Source of the DNA: Acidobacteriota bacterium
GTDB lineage: Bacteria > Acidobacteriota > Thermoanaerobaculia > Multivoradales > JAHEKO01
Length of the DNA stretch: 64,000 nucleotides
Assembly (NCBI GenBank): GCA_030597375.1
Contig: JAUVRX010000001.1
Location: forward strand, 54,818 to 118,817
Reading direction: 5' to 3'
In this document: positions 44,109-52,578 of the stretch, in pieces
Layout: the number at the start of each line of letters is the position of its first letter
Numbering within the stretch: the stretch's first letter is position 1
Position numbers and translations under genes: made by a program
Notes under the pieces: model-generated
Database searches by the model: none
What the model saw: the letters and a program-made list of their open reading frames with translations, nothing else
Told to the model about the DNA's origin: nothing

Positions 44109-45155
44109 ATGCAGGCACTGACCTTTCAGGGCGTCGAGCAGGTTCGATTCCAGTCGATTCCAGATCCGCTGGTTACCGACGGCGGCGACGTCATCGTTCG
44201 AACCCGGATGGCCGCAATCTGCGGGTCCGATCTTCACGTTTATCACGGCAGGGAGACGGGCCTCGACCACGGGACGGTCCTGGGTCACGAGTTCATGGGT
44301 GAGATCGTCGAGATCGGCTCCCGGGTGGAGCGGTTCCGAGTCGGAGATCAGGTCATCAGCCCTTTCTCCACGAACTGTGGAGACTGCTTCTACTGCCGCT
44401 CGGGTCTGACGGCTCGTTGCGAGAAAGGACAGTTGTTCGGCTGGCGCCAGAGCGGCCAGGGTCTGCATGGCGCCCAGGCCGAGTATGTTCGGGTTCCACT
44501 CGCGGATTCCACCTTGGTGTCGGCGCCCGAAGATCTACCACCGGAGGAGGTGCTTCTAGCCGGCGATGTTCTCTCGACAGGCCTCTTCTCGGCCGAGTCG
44601 GCCGGCGTCGGAGATGGCAGTCTGGTCAGCGTGGTCGGCTGTGGCCCAGTCGGCCTGATGGCCATAGCCGCTGCCCGCTCCCTCGGAGCCCGGGTCGTCT
44701 TCGCCGTCGACTGTGTCCACGAGCGCCTCGATCTGGCAGCCGATTTCGGAGCGGTTCCGGTCAACTTCCACGAGGTGGAGCCAGCACCCTTGGTCCATGA
44801 GGCGACGGAAGGTCGGGGGGTGGATGCGGTCCTGGAGGCGGCCGGAAACCTTGCGGCTGGCCACCTCGCCATGAGCCTGGTGCGCCCTGGCGGCACGATC
44901 ATGGCGGTGGGCGTACACACAGAGCGTGAGTTCCCCTTCACCCCTACAGAGGCCTACGACAGGAATCTCACCTTCAAGACCGGCCGTTGTTCAGCCCGCC
45001 ACTACCTCGAGCGCTCTCTAGAACTGGTGAGGTCCGCACGCCTTCCCCTCGGCAGCATCATCTCCCACCGCCTGCCTCTGGAGGATGGCCCGGAGGCCTA
45101 CCGGATCTTCGCCGAAAAGCTCGACGGCTGTACCAAGGTGATTCTCATCCCCTGA
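44109..45155 (+). CDS. zinc-dependent medium-chain alcohol dehydrogenase (threonine/sorbitol dehydrogenase-like)
   Basis: 348 aa. It has a catalytic Zn motif (GHEFMGEIVEIG), a structural Zn Cys cluster (CGDCFYCRSGLTARC) and NAD Rossmann (VVGCGPVGL). Confidence 0.85.
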   Translation: MQALTFQGVEQVRFQSIPDPLVTDGGDVIVRTRMAAICGSDLHVYHGRETGLDHGTVLGHEFMGEIVEIGSRVERFRVGDQVISPFSTNCGDCFYCRSGLTARCEKGQLFGWRQSGQGLHGAQAEYVRVPLADSTLVSAPEDLPPEEVLLAGDVLSTGLFSAESAGVGDGSLVSVVGCGPVGLMAIAAARSLGARVVFAVDCVHERLDLAADFGAVPVNFHEVEPAPLVHEATEGRGVDAVLEAAGNLAAGHLAMSLVRPGGTIMAVGVHTEREFPFTPTEAYDRNLTFKTGRCSARHYLERSLELVRSARLPLGSIISHRLPLEDGPEAYRIFAEKLDGCTKVILIP

Positions 45156-45161
45156 TCAGGG

Positions 45162-46124
45162 TCAGGAAGTGCCACGGCGCCGGTAGCCATGCACCGATTG
45201 GAAGACGATCGACTCCGCGCCCAGCAGGCAGATCCGAAGCACCCATCGCAGCAGAAGATAGAGTTGACCGATCATCAGTGCCAGGGCGATGGCCCCGGAG
45301 CCCGAGTTCGCGACCGAGGGTGCCGCCAAGTAGTAGACCGCCGTCAGCAGCAGCCCCAGAAGCCCCATGACGAAGTAGACGCCCAACGTTCGAATCGGAT
45401 GAGTAGCCACGGTCTGCAGCCCTCGCATTGCGGCCCGCACCATGCTGCGCTGTTCTTCGACGACAGTGGAGATCTTGGCGTAATCGACGGTGATCTTGAC
45501 GAGGACGAGCAGCAGCACCACGAAGGCTGCTGCGAAGAGGTTGTAGGTCAGGACGATTCTCTCCATCGTCACATCTCGGGTCTCTTGCTCGATCCAGGGG
45601 AACAGCCACGTGCTGAACCGGTAGATGAGGAAGTAAGCCAGACCCGCCGCAACAACCAGTCGTAGAAATCGGAAGAAGTAACGGCTGCTGGCTGCCAGGA
45701 ACGTCGCCAGGTCCCGGCCATCCTCGGCACCGGTCACATGAGCCAGAACACCACCACTCATCAGAGTCCAGAAAAGGGCGAAGAGCACTCCGAGGGCTGC
45801 AACGCCCTTGTCCTCCTTGAACAGATCACCCGAGAACCAGAGCTCGAGATTGTCGAGTGCTCCGGCAGGACTCAGCCTGGATGGAGTGAGCAGGGAGCTC
45901 ATCCCTCCGACATCGTCCTTGAACTCCTGCAGCCAGGTCAGATCCATCGGGCCGCGAAGGGTCTCGTGCGCCAGGCTCGAGCCGATGAACTCGTGGATCG
46001 CCTCCTCCATGAAGACAGCAGCAGGAAGGGCAAACAGCAGCCCCATCAGCCAGAGCCGCAGGGCGAGCCTCCAAGAGCTCAATCCCGTTGCGAGTCCGCC
46101 ACCGATGGTTTTGAACAGGGTCAT
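45162..46124 (-). CDS. hypothetical polytopic membrane protein, translationally coupled downstream of the M1 peptidase
   Basis: ORF 45162..46415 trimmed to MTLFKTIGGGLATGL, 13 nt after the peptidase stop. The upstream part of the listed ORF overlaps the peptidase and looks non-coding. About 7 TM segments. Confidence 0.5.
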   Translation of the reverse strand: MTLFKTIGGGLATGLSSWRLALRLWLMGLLFALPAAVFMEEAIHEFIGSSLAHETLRGPMDLTWLQEFKDDVGGMSSLLTPSRLSPAGALDNLELWFSGDLFKEDKGVAALGVLFALFWTLMSGGVLAHVTGAEDGRDLATFLAASSRYFFRFLRLVVAAGLAYFLIYRFSTWLFPWIEQETRDVTMERIVLTYNLFAAAFVVLLLVLVKITVDYAKISTVVEEQRSMVRAAMRGLQTVATHPIRTLGVYFVMGLLGLLLTAVYYLAAPSVANSGSGAIALALMIGQLYLLLRWVLRICLLGAESIVFQSVHGYRRRGTS

Positions 46125-46137
46125 GGCTCGACGCTTC

Positions 46138-48273
46138 TTATCCGAAGAAGGCGAAGGTGGTGAGCACATCCTGAAGCCACACCAGCCAACGCGACGCCCA
46201 CTTGATGGCCGGAGCCCGGTCCGGTGGCTCCAGAGCTCGGCTGTTGTTGGAAGGTCGGACATCCAGCAGGAGCACCCTGTCGGGGTCGACGACCGCGTAT
46301 GCCAACTTCGAGGTCTGCTCCACCACGATCCGCTTCCACCGGTCCCGTCCGTCCCATCGATAGCGGACTTCTTCTCCATCCTCGAACGCCATGAGGACCT
46401 CGACCGGGAAGACACCGCCGCCGAATCGGCGCACTACGACCTCCGATCGGTACAGGGTGTCGGAGTCCTCCCCTTCAGCAGAGGATCCGTCTTCGTCCTC
46501 TTCCTCCGAGGCCCCGGCAACCAGGGTCAGCTCACCTTCGGCCGACACCCAGCCCTCGACCGCCGCAGGCTCGCTGGAAACGGAGAGCACCGCGTAGTCG
46601 AACACCTCAGAGCTGTGGTAGACCTGCTCGAAGAACCAGGAAAGATCCTGGCCCGCCACCTCGCTGAGAGTGTCGAAGAAGTCGTCCGGCTGCGGATGTC
46701 GGTATTTCCAGTCATGGAAGAACCGCGACATGGCAGGCTGCAAGACCTCCCAGCCGAGGTACCGTTCCAGGGTAGCCAGCCAGAGGGCCGTCTTGCCATA
46801 GCTGAGAGCACCGCCGGCGCCTGGAAAGTAGAGATAGGAGGGAGTACTCTGCCGATCGATGGTCCCCAGCTCACGATAACCACGAAGTCGATCATCGAAG
46901 AGGCTTCCGGGATAGCCGAACCCATCCAGCAGCAGTGGGAAGAAGCCCCGTCCTTCGGTTCCTGGTGGCTTGAAATACCGACGCACAACCTTCTTCGGGG
47001 GGTAGGCCTGATCGTAGGTGCGAATCGTCGAGAAGGTGTTCAGTCCCTCGTCCAGCCAGGCATCCTCGAACTCGTTGTTCCCCACCAGTGCGTACCAGAA
47101 CTGGTGGCCTGCTTCGTGAATCGTCACTCCCTCCGGTGAGCCACCTCCGTACGGATTGAACAGACGAGTGCCGGCCGTGAAGAGGGTCGGATACTCCATG
47201 CCTCCGGCGCCACTCCCGTAGGCCGGATCCACGATCGTGACGTGGCCATAAGGGTAGGGACCGTACCAGGTGCCGTAGTACTGGAGAGCGGCCTTGGTGG
47301 CGTGAAAATGGCGCTCTGCCTGACCGAGGTGTTCGGGTTGGATCAGCAGGCGAAGATTCACCGGCGGCAAGCCCTCGTGCTCGAACCGGTCGGTCAGAAC
47401 CAGATAGTCCGGGCTGGCGGTCCAGGTGAAGGAATGGACATCCTCCTGGATGTGTCGATGGGTGACGGTACCGTCGGCGTTCTCGACCGACTCCACCAGG
47501 AGCCCGGTCGCGCCCAGGACGTATTCGCCCGGCAGGGTGATGGCGACGTCGTAGATACCGTAGTCGGAGAAATACTCGGTGCTCGAGTGGTACTGGTGGC
47601 AATTCCAGCCATCACCTTCGAACACACCCAGCTTCGGGAACCAATGGGCGATGAAGAAGTAATGGCCTCGAAAGCCGGTTCGGGCGAACGTCCGGGGGAT
47701 CTTCGCTCTCCATGAGAGCTCCACGGTGACGGACTGACCCGGTTCTACCGGGGTCGGCAGCGTCATCACCATGACGGTTCGATCGTCGGGATTGCCGTCG
47801 TCGGGAGAGGCGAATCTCGTCATCGGTTCGAGGTCCGCCCCTTCGATCCCTTCGGTGGGCGACAACCGGACGGAATCCACTTCCAGGTAGCTCCAGTCCT
47901 CCTCCATGACTTCGGCGCCGAGGCTGCTTCTCTCGCGGATCTGATCCTCCTGCATCCAGGTACTGCGGCTGTTGCGCCAGCCATTCCAATACAGATGGAA
48001 CCAGAGCTCATCGGTGGCCGCATCCTGGATGTTGCGCCAGACTACGGTCTGTCGGCCCTCGAGCGTTTTCGCGACCGGATCGAGTCGCACCTCGATGGTG
48101 TAGTTCGCATTACGGGGAGAGTCGGCCGACGGCGAACCGCCCCGGCCCGTGGTTTCAACCTGCTGGCCTGAAACCTGGCCCGACAGCGCCAGCAGCCAGA
48201 CAGAGCACACCCCGATCGCCCGTCGAATCGTCGACCGAAGATGACCAGTGGTGGTTTGAGAAAGGACTCTCAT
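46138..48273 (-). CDS. M1-family zinc metallopeptidase (aminopeptidase N-like), secreted
   Basis: ORF 46138..48294 trimmed to MRVLSQ...AIGVCSVWLLALSGQVSGQ (signal peptide). It contains HEAGHQFWY ... NEFEDAWLDEGLNTF (HExxH + E gluzincin) and a GAMEN-like GGMEYPTL. Confidence 0.85.
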   Translation of the reverse strand: MRVLSQTTTGHLRSTIRRAIGVCSVWLLALSGQVSGQQVETTGRGGSPSADSPRNANYTIEVRLDPVAKTLEGRQTVVWRNIQDAATDELWFHLYWNGWRNSRSTWMQEDQIRERSSLGAEVMEEDWSYLEVDSVRLSPTEGIEGADLEPMTRFASPDDGNPDDRTVMVMTLPTPVEPGQSVTVELSWRAKIPRTFARTGFRGHYFFIAHWFPKLGVFEGDGWNCHQYHSSTEYFSDYGIYDVAITLPGEYVLGATGLLVESVENADGTVTHRHIQEDVHSFTWTASPDYLVLTDRFEHEGLPPVNLRLLIQPEHLGQAERHFHATKAALQYYGTWYGPYPYGHVTIVDPAYGSGAGGMEYPTLFTAGTRLFNPYGGGSPEGVTIHEAGHQFWYALVGNNEFEDAWLDEGLNTFSTIRTYDQAYPPKKVVRRYFKPPGTEGRGFFPLLLDGFGYPGSLFDDRLRGYRELGTIDRQSTPSYLYFPGAGGALSYGKTALWLATLERYLGWEVLQPAMSRFFHDWKYRHPQPDDFFDTLSEVAGQDLSWFFEQVYHSSEVFDYAVLSVSSEPAAVEGWVSAEGELTLVAGASEEEDEDGSSAEGEDSDTLYRSEVVVRRFGGGVFPVEVLMAFEDGEEVRYRWDGRDRWKRIVVEQTSKLAYAVVDPDRVLLLDVRPSNNSRALEPPDRAPAIKWASRWLVWLQDVLTTFAFFG

Positions 48274-48351
48274 GTCGGCAAGGGCCCCCCGCATTGAATG
48301 CCCCCTGCAGTGTAGGCCATTGTATGGGCAGGCACTCCAAGCGGCAAACCC

Positions 48352-48418
48352 CCGGTCGAATCTGGGCCGCCGACACCGCTTTCACAGTAGGGTAGCTTTC
48401 TGCCGCGCAGACTCCTAG
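48352..48418. repeat. family A repeat, 67-bp arm copy, reverse orientation, upstream of agcS
   Basis: Exact reverse complement (67/67) of the left arm of the 24688..24855 element. Confidence 0.55.
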
Positions 48419-48455
48419 CCCGGATAAGATCCTGGCGCGTCGAAACGAGCCAACC

Positions 48456-49805
48456 ATGAGTCAGTGGATCCAGAGCGCCAGCGATTTCCTGTGGGGCTTG
48501 CCGATGCTGGGCCTCGTCCTCGGAGTGGGGATCTACCTCATGGTCCGCCTCCGTGCCGTGCAGATTCGGCAGTTCGGCCAGGCCCTCCGCGACCTTTTTC
48601 AACCTCCAATCACAGACGCCTCCTCGGGTGACATCTCGCCCTTCGGTGCCCTGATGACTGCCGTGGGCGGCATCGTGGGAAACGGCAACATCGCTGGTGT
48701 TGCCACCGCCATCACCTCGGGCGGGCCTGGGGCTCTCTTCTGGATGTGGGTCAGCGGCCTGGTGGGCATGGGAACCATGTTTGCCGAGTCGGTCCTGGGG
48801 ATCGTCTACCGGCGGAAAGGCGATGACGGTCTCTTCCTGGGTGGTCCCATGTACTACCTCGAGAGTGCCCTCGGCTGGCCCGCGATCGCGTCCTTCTTCG
48901 CCATCGGCATGGCCTTGAAGACGCTGCTGGCGACGACCACCGTGCAGAGTAACTCCATGTCCCTGGTGGCGGCCAGTGAGCTGGGCTGGAGCCCGATGTT
49001 CACCTGCTCTCTGGCGGCTTTGGTGACGGGTGCCGCTGTGGTCGGTGGAGTTCGCTCCATCGCTCGGGTCTCCAAGATCCTCTCCCCGCTCATGGGCCTC
49101 CTCTATCTGGCTGGAGCTGCGGGCGTGCTATGGGCATTCCGCTCGGCACTGGCGGCCTCGTTGGCTCTGGTGATGGAGCATGCCTTCACGCCGATGGCTG
49201 CCGGCGGTGGATTCCTCGGTGCCAGCGTCCGCCAGGCGTTTCGATTCGGTCTCGCCCGCGGCGTCTACTCCAACGAGGCCGGTACCGGCTCGGTACCGAT
49301 CGCACACGCCTCGGCCCGAACCGACGATCCGGTCGCCCAGGGGAGGATCGCCATGCTCGGGGTGTTTCTCGACACCATGGTGGTCTCGAGCGCTACCGGC
49401 CTCGTTCTGCTGGTCACCGGAGCCTGGCGCTCCGGGTTGGAATCGACGACCCTCACGGCGCAGGCATTCTCCGAGGGACTGGGACCCATGGGTGGCACCG
49501 TTGTCCTGGCAGCCTCACTGCTGTTCGGCCTGTCGACACTCATCACCTGGGCCTTCTACGGCGAGCAATGTGCGGTCTATCTCTTCGGCCCCAAGGCCAG
49601 GGGACCCTATCGTCTGCTCTACTGTGTCGCTATCCTGGGCGGCTCCCTGGCAGGCGCCCAGGCTATCTGGGCCTGGGCTGACCTGCTCAACGGCATCATG
49701 GCCATCCCGAATCTCGTCGCATTGGCTCTGCTCGCCGGCCCGGTAGCACGGCGACTGGCCGGGGCCTCGGGAGACAGCCAGCTCGATTCCGCCACCTCTG
49801 CCTGA
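48456..49805 (+). CDS. agcS: sodium:alanine (amino acid) symporter family (AGCS) transporter
   Basis: 449 aa and polytopic. AGCS-family blocks are present: GPGALFWMWVSGLVGMGTMFAE and YSNEAGTGSVPIAHASA. Confidence 0.85.
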   Translation: MSQWIQSASDFLWGLPMLGLVLGVGIYLMVRLRAVQIRQFGQALRDLFQPPITDASSGDISPFGALMTAVGGIVGNGNIAGVATAITSGGPGALFWMWVSGLVGMGTMFAESVLGIVYRRKGDDGLFLGGPMYYLESALGWPAIASFFAIGMALKTLLATTTVQSNSMSLVAASELGWSPMFTCSLAALVTGAAVVGGVRSIARVSKILSPLMGLLYLAGAAGVLWAFRSALAASLALVMEHAFTPMAAGGGFLGASVRQAFRFGLARGVYSNEAGTGSVPIAHASARTDDPVAQGRIAMLGVFLDTMVVSSATGLVLLVTGAWRSGLESTTLTAQAFSEGLGPMGGTVVLAASLLFGLSTLITWAFYGEQCAVYLFGPKARGPYRLLYCVAILGGSLAGAQAIWAWADLLNGIMAIPNLVALALLAGPVARRLAGASGDSQLDSATSA

Positions 49806-49960
49806 GGCGGCGGGCGATCTCCACAGTGGACTGTGGGCATGACAGTCCACTAGATGCCGTGAGGATCATGAACGATGCGGGCTAGGAGTCTGCGCGGCAG
49901 AAAGCTCCCCTACTGTGAAAGCGGTGTCGGCGGCCCAGATTCGACCGTGCAGACTCCTAG
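49803..49960. repeat. composite repeat downstream of agcS: family B motif (ggcgggcgatctc...agatgccgtgaggatcatgaacgatgcgggctagg) interrupted by a 27-nt perfect hairpin, then a family A short copy (49882..49960) with 12-bp terminal IR
   Basis: Read directly. The segment 49803..49880 matches 29381..29425 except for an inserted palindrome agtggactgt-gggcatg-acagtccact (49825..49851). The segment 49882..49948 matches the family A arm 66/67 and is closed by gcagactcctag. Confidence 0.55.
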
Positions 49961-49998
49961 AGTATCCTTGGGTCCGATCAGAAGGGAGTAGAAGAACC

Positions 49999-51081
49999 AT
50001 GCGAGCCGACAGCCAGCTGTTCCTGCAGGAGTTCCTCCAACTTTTTGGGGACAACCCTTATGTTCACGCCGCGGTACTCGTGGTCGTCTCTCTGGTGGCC
50101 GCCAAGATGGTGGACTGGGTCGTGATTCGGTTCGTGGCGCGTTGGGCGAAGAAGAGCCGCACCGACATCGATGATCGTCTGGTCGCCAATCTTCACAAGC
50201 CCCTCTTTCTGACCCTCCTACTTTTCGGCCTCTGGCTCGCTCTGGCCCAGCTCGAGCTGCCCGAAGGCGTCGCCCTCTTCTCGACGAGATCCCTGAAGAC
50301 CATCGTCCTGCTTCTCTGGGGGGGCTTCGCGCTCAGGAGCTGCTCCATTCTTCTCGGCCTGCTCAGCCACATGGAACGGCGCTTCGCCGTCGTTCAACCC
50401 AGAACCGTCCCCCTGTTCGACAATGTTACGAAGATCCTGGTGGTGGGCGGTGCAATCTACTTCCTGTTCCTGATCTGGGGCGTCGACGTGGGAGCCTGGC
50501 TGGCGGGGGCCGGCATCGTCGGCATCGCCGTCGGCTTCGCGGCGAAGGACAGCCTGGCCAATCTTTTCGCGGGCCTCTTCATCGTTGCCGACGCCCCCTA
50601 CAAGATCGGTGACTTCATCGTTCTCGATACCGGCGAACGGGGGCGCGTCTCACAGATAGGCCTGCGCAGCACCCGCCTGCTGACACGGGACGACATCGAG
50701 ATCACGGTGCCCAACGCTGTGATCGCCAACGCCAAGATCACAAATGAGAGCGGCGGTCCATCCGAAAAGGAGCGAGTACGGGTTCCGGTGGGAGTCGCCT
50801 ATGGCAGCGATATCGATCGGGTCCGAGAGGTACTCCTGGAGGTAGCTCACTCCAACGACTCGATCGACACCAATCCAGAGGCACGAGTGCGCTTCCGATC
50901 GTTTGGCGATGCGGGTCGCAAGTTCGAGCTCCTGGGCTGGATCCACGAGCCGGTTCTCAGGGGCCAAGTGATCGACGCCCTGAACACCGAGATCTATAAG
51001 CGCTTCGCGGCAGAGGGCATCGAGATTCCCTATCCAAAGAGGGATGTCTACCTGCACCAGGCACCGGATTCGGATCGCTGA
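49999..51081 (+). CDS. mechanosensitive ion channel (MscS family)
   Basis: ORF 49915..51081 trimmed to MRADSQLFLQ (RBS aagggag). The first 28 codons of the listed ORF translate the repeat element. Three TM segments are followed by the MscS pore and beta-domain (ANLFAGLFIVADAPYKIGDFIVL...GRVSQIGLRSTRLLTRDD). Confidence 0.8.
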   Translation: MRADSQLFLQEFLQLFGDNPYVHAAVLVVVSLVAAKMVDWVVIRFVARWAKKSRTDIDDRLVANLHKPLFLTLLLFGLWLALAQLELPEGVALFSTRSLKTIVLLLWGGFALRSCSILLGLLSHMERRFAVVQPRTVPLFDNVTKILVVGGAIYFLFLIWGVDVGAWLAGAGIVGIAVGFAAKDSLANLFAGLFIVADAPYKIGDFIVLDTGERGRVSQIGLRSTRLLTRDDIEITVPNAVIANAKITNESGGPSEKERVRVPVGVAYGSDIDRVREVLLEVAHSNDSIDTNPEARVRFRSFGDAGRKFELLGWIHEPVLRGQVIDALNTEIYKRFAAEGIEIPYPKRDVYLHQAPDSDR

Positions 51082-51159
51082 GCCTGGACCGAAGCGATCC
51101 TGCAGCCTGTCGTTTTCGAAGAAGGATTCCAGAGCACCGACTTCCGAGGGAATCTTGCC

Positions 51160-51840
51160 ATGACACTACGGCTCGAGCCGCTGAGTGAGTATCGCCAGTA
51201 CCCAATCGACAAGATGCGTCAGAGAACGACCGATTTCCTGGCTGAGATGCGTCGGAGGCGGTCCGTCCGTCACTTCTCTTCGCGACCGGTACCACGCGAT
51301 ATCGTCGAGGATTGCATCCGCGTCGCCATGACGGCGCCGAGCGGCGCCAATCGTCAGCCCTGGCACTTTACGCTGGTTGGGGATCCAGAGGTCAAGCACC
51401 GGATTCGGGTCGCCGCCGAAGAGGAGGAGCGCGGCTTCTACGACGGCCGGGCCCCGGAGGAGTGGCTCGAGGCCCTGGCTCCACTGGGCACCGATGCGCA
51501 CAAGCCCTTCCTCGAGACCGCTCCCTATCTCGTCGTCATCTTCGCCCAGCTCCACGGAGAGGAGACCGATGGGGCCAAGATGAAGCACTACTATGTGAAC
51601 GAGTCGGTGGGAATCGCCACCGGAATGTTGATCACGGCCCTGCACCACGTCGGCCCTGCGAGCCTGACGCACACCCCCGCACCCATGCGCTTCCTGAGCG
51701 AGATTCTGGGGCGTCCGGCCCACGAGAAGCCATACCTGATTCTCGTCGTCGGATACCCCGAGAGCGATACCAAGGTGCCGGTTCTTTCCAAGAAGAGCTT
51801 CGAGCAATCCTGCGAGATCATCGACCTCGACATCGGGTGA
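51160..51840 (+). CDS. nitroreductase-family flavoprotein (iodotyrosine deiodinase / NADH oxidase-like)
   Basis: 226 aa; the motif [38 protein letters not shown] is the canonical nitroreductase N-terminal motif. Confidence 0.8.
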   Translation: MTLRLEPLSEYRQYPIDKMRQRTTDFLAEMRRRRSVRHFSSRPVPRDIVEDCIRVAMTAPSGANRQPWHFTLVGDPEVKHRIRVAAEEEERGFYDGRAPEEWLEALAPLGTDAHKPFLETAPYLVVIFAQLHGEETDGAKMKHYYVNESVGIATGMLITALHHVGPASLTHTPAPMRFLSEILGRPAHEKPYLILVVGYPESDTKVPVLSKKSFEQSCEIIDLDIG

Positions 51841-52124
51841 CCAGCAGGAGTCCAGCAAATCCTTGAGTTTTTCGCCGTGGATCGTGTTAGAATCTCGCCA
51901 TCTCGAAGGATCAGGGGTACGCCCGACGAGGACTTTCGATTCACTCAACGGCAGTACGCCAACTCGAGGGTCGATTGGCCCTCCTGAACCAAAGAGGTCG
52001 ATGGACCAAGAAAAGCAGTCACTCATACGCCGTCGACAGGAAGCTGTCGGCAAATCGTTGACCTGGGGGGAGAACAGGGTCCGATAGTGACCCCTTCCCG
52101 ATCAAGAAACCTTGAGGAGTGGAA

Positions 52125-52418
52125 ATGAACAAGACGGAAATGGCTGAGAAGCTCGCCAAGAACAGTGACCTGTCGCAGGCGAAGGCTCTGGAGATTGTCT
52201 CCATGATCTTCGACACCAAGCCTGGAACTGGCATCATCGCCATCGAGCTGGATGCCGGTGGCAAGGTCCAGATCCCCGGCTTCGGCACCTTTGGCTCGAA
52301 GAGTCGCGCCGCCCGGCAGGGCCGCAACCCCGCCACCGGCCAGACCATCATGATCGCCGCCAAGAAGTACCCGTTCTTCAAGCCCGGTAAGGGCCTCAAG
52401 GACCGGGTCGCCGACTGA
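52125..52418 (+). CDS. hup: HU/IHF-family nucleoid-associated DNA-binding protein
   Basis: 97 aa starting MNKTEMAEKLAK (RBS gaggag, 5-nt spacer). The beta-arm signature is GFGTFGSKSRAARQGRNPATGQTI. Confidence 0.9.
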   Translation: MNKTEMAEKLAKNSDLSQAKALEIVSMIFDTKPGTGIIAIELDAGGKVQIPGFGTFGSKSRAARQGRNPATGQTIMIAAKKYPFFKPGKGLKDRVAD

Positions 52419-52463
52419 CGGGTCCAGGCTCTCAACGGCATTTTTCAGAAGCAAATCATGAGG

Positions 52464-52500
52464 CCCCGTCGCGGACTTCTCCGCGGCGGGGTTTGTTCTG
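52464..52500 (+). terminator. Rho-independent terminator after hup
   Basis: The hairpin ccccgtcgcgg-acttct-ccgcggcgggg is followed by tttgttctg. Confidence 0.6.
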
Positions 52501-52578
52501 TCCGATGCCGGAACCTTGTAGCCAAGTTCACTCCAAGGAAAGTTGTTACACTCCCTCAGCCAACAGGCGATCCTGAAG

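Noticed and set aside
51863-52087. 74-aa ORF in the nitroreductase/hup intergenic region
   Set aside because: No RBS and low complexity. It lies in the likely hup promoter and leader.
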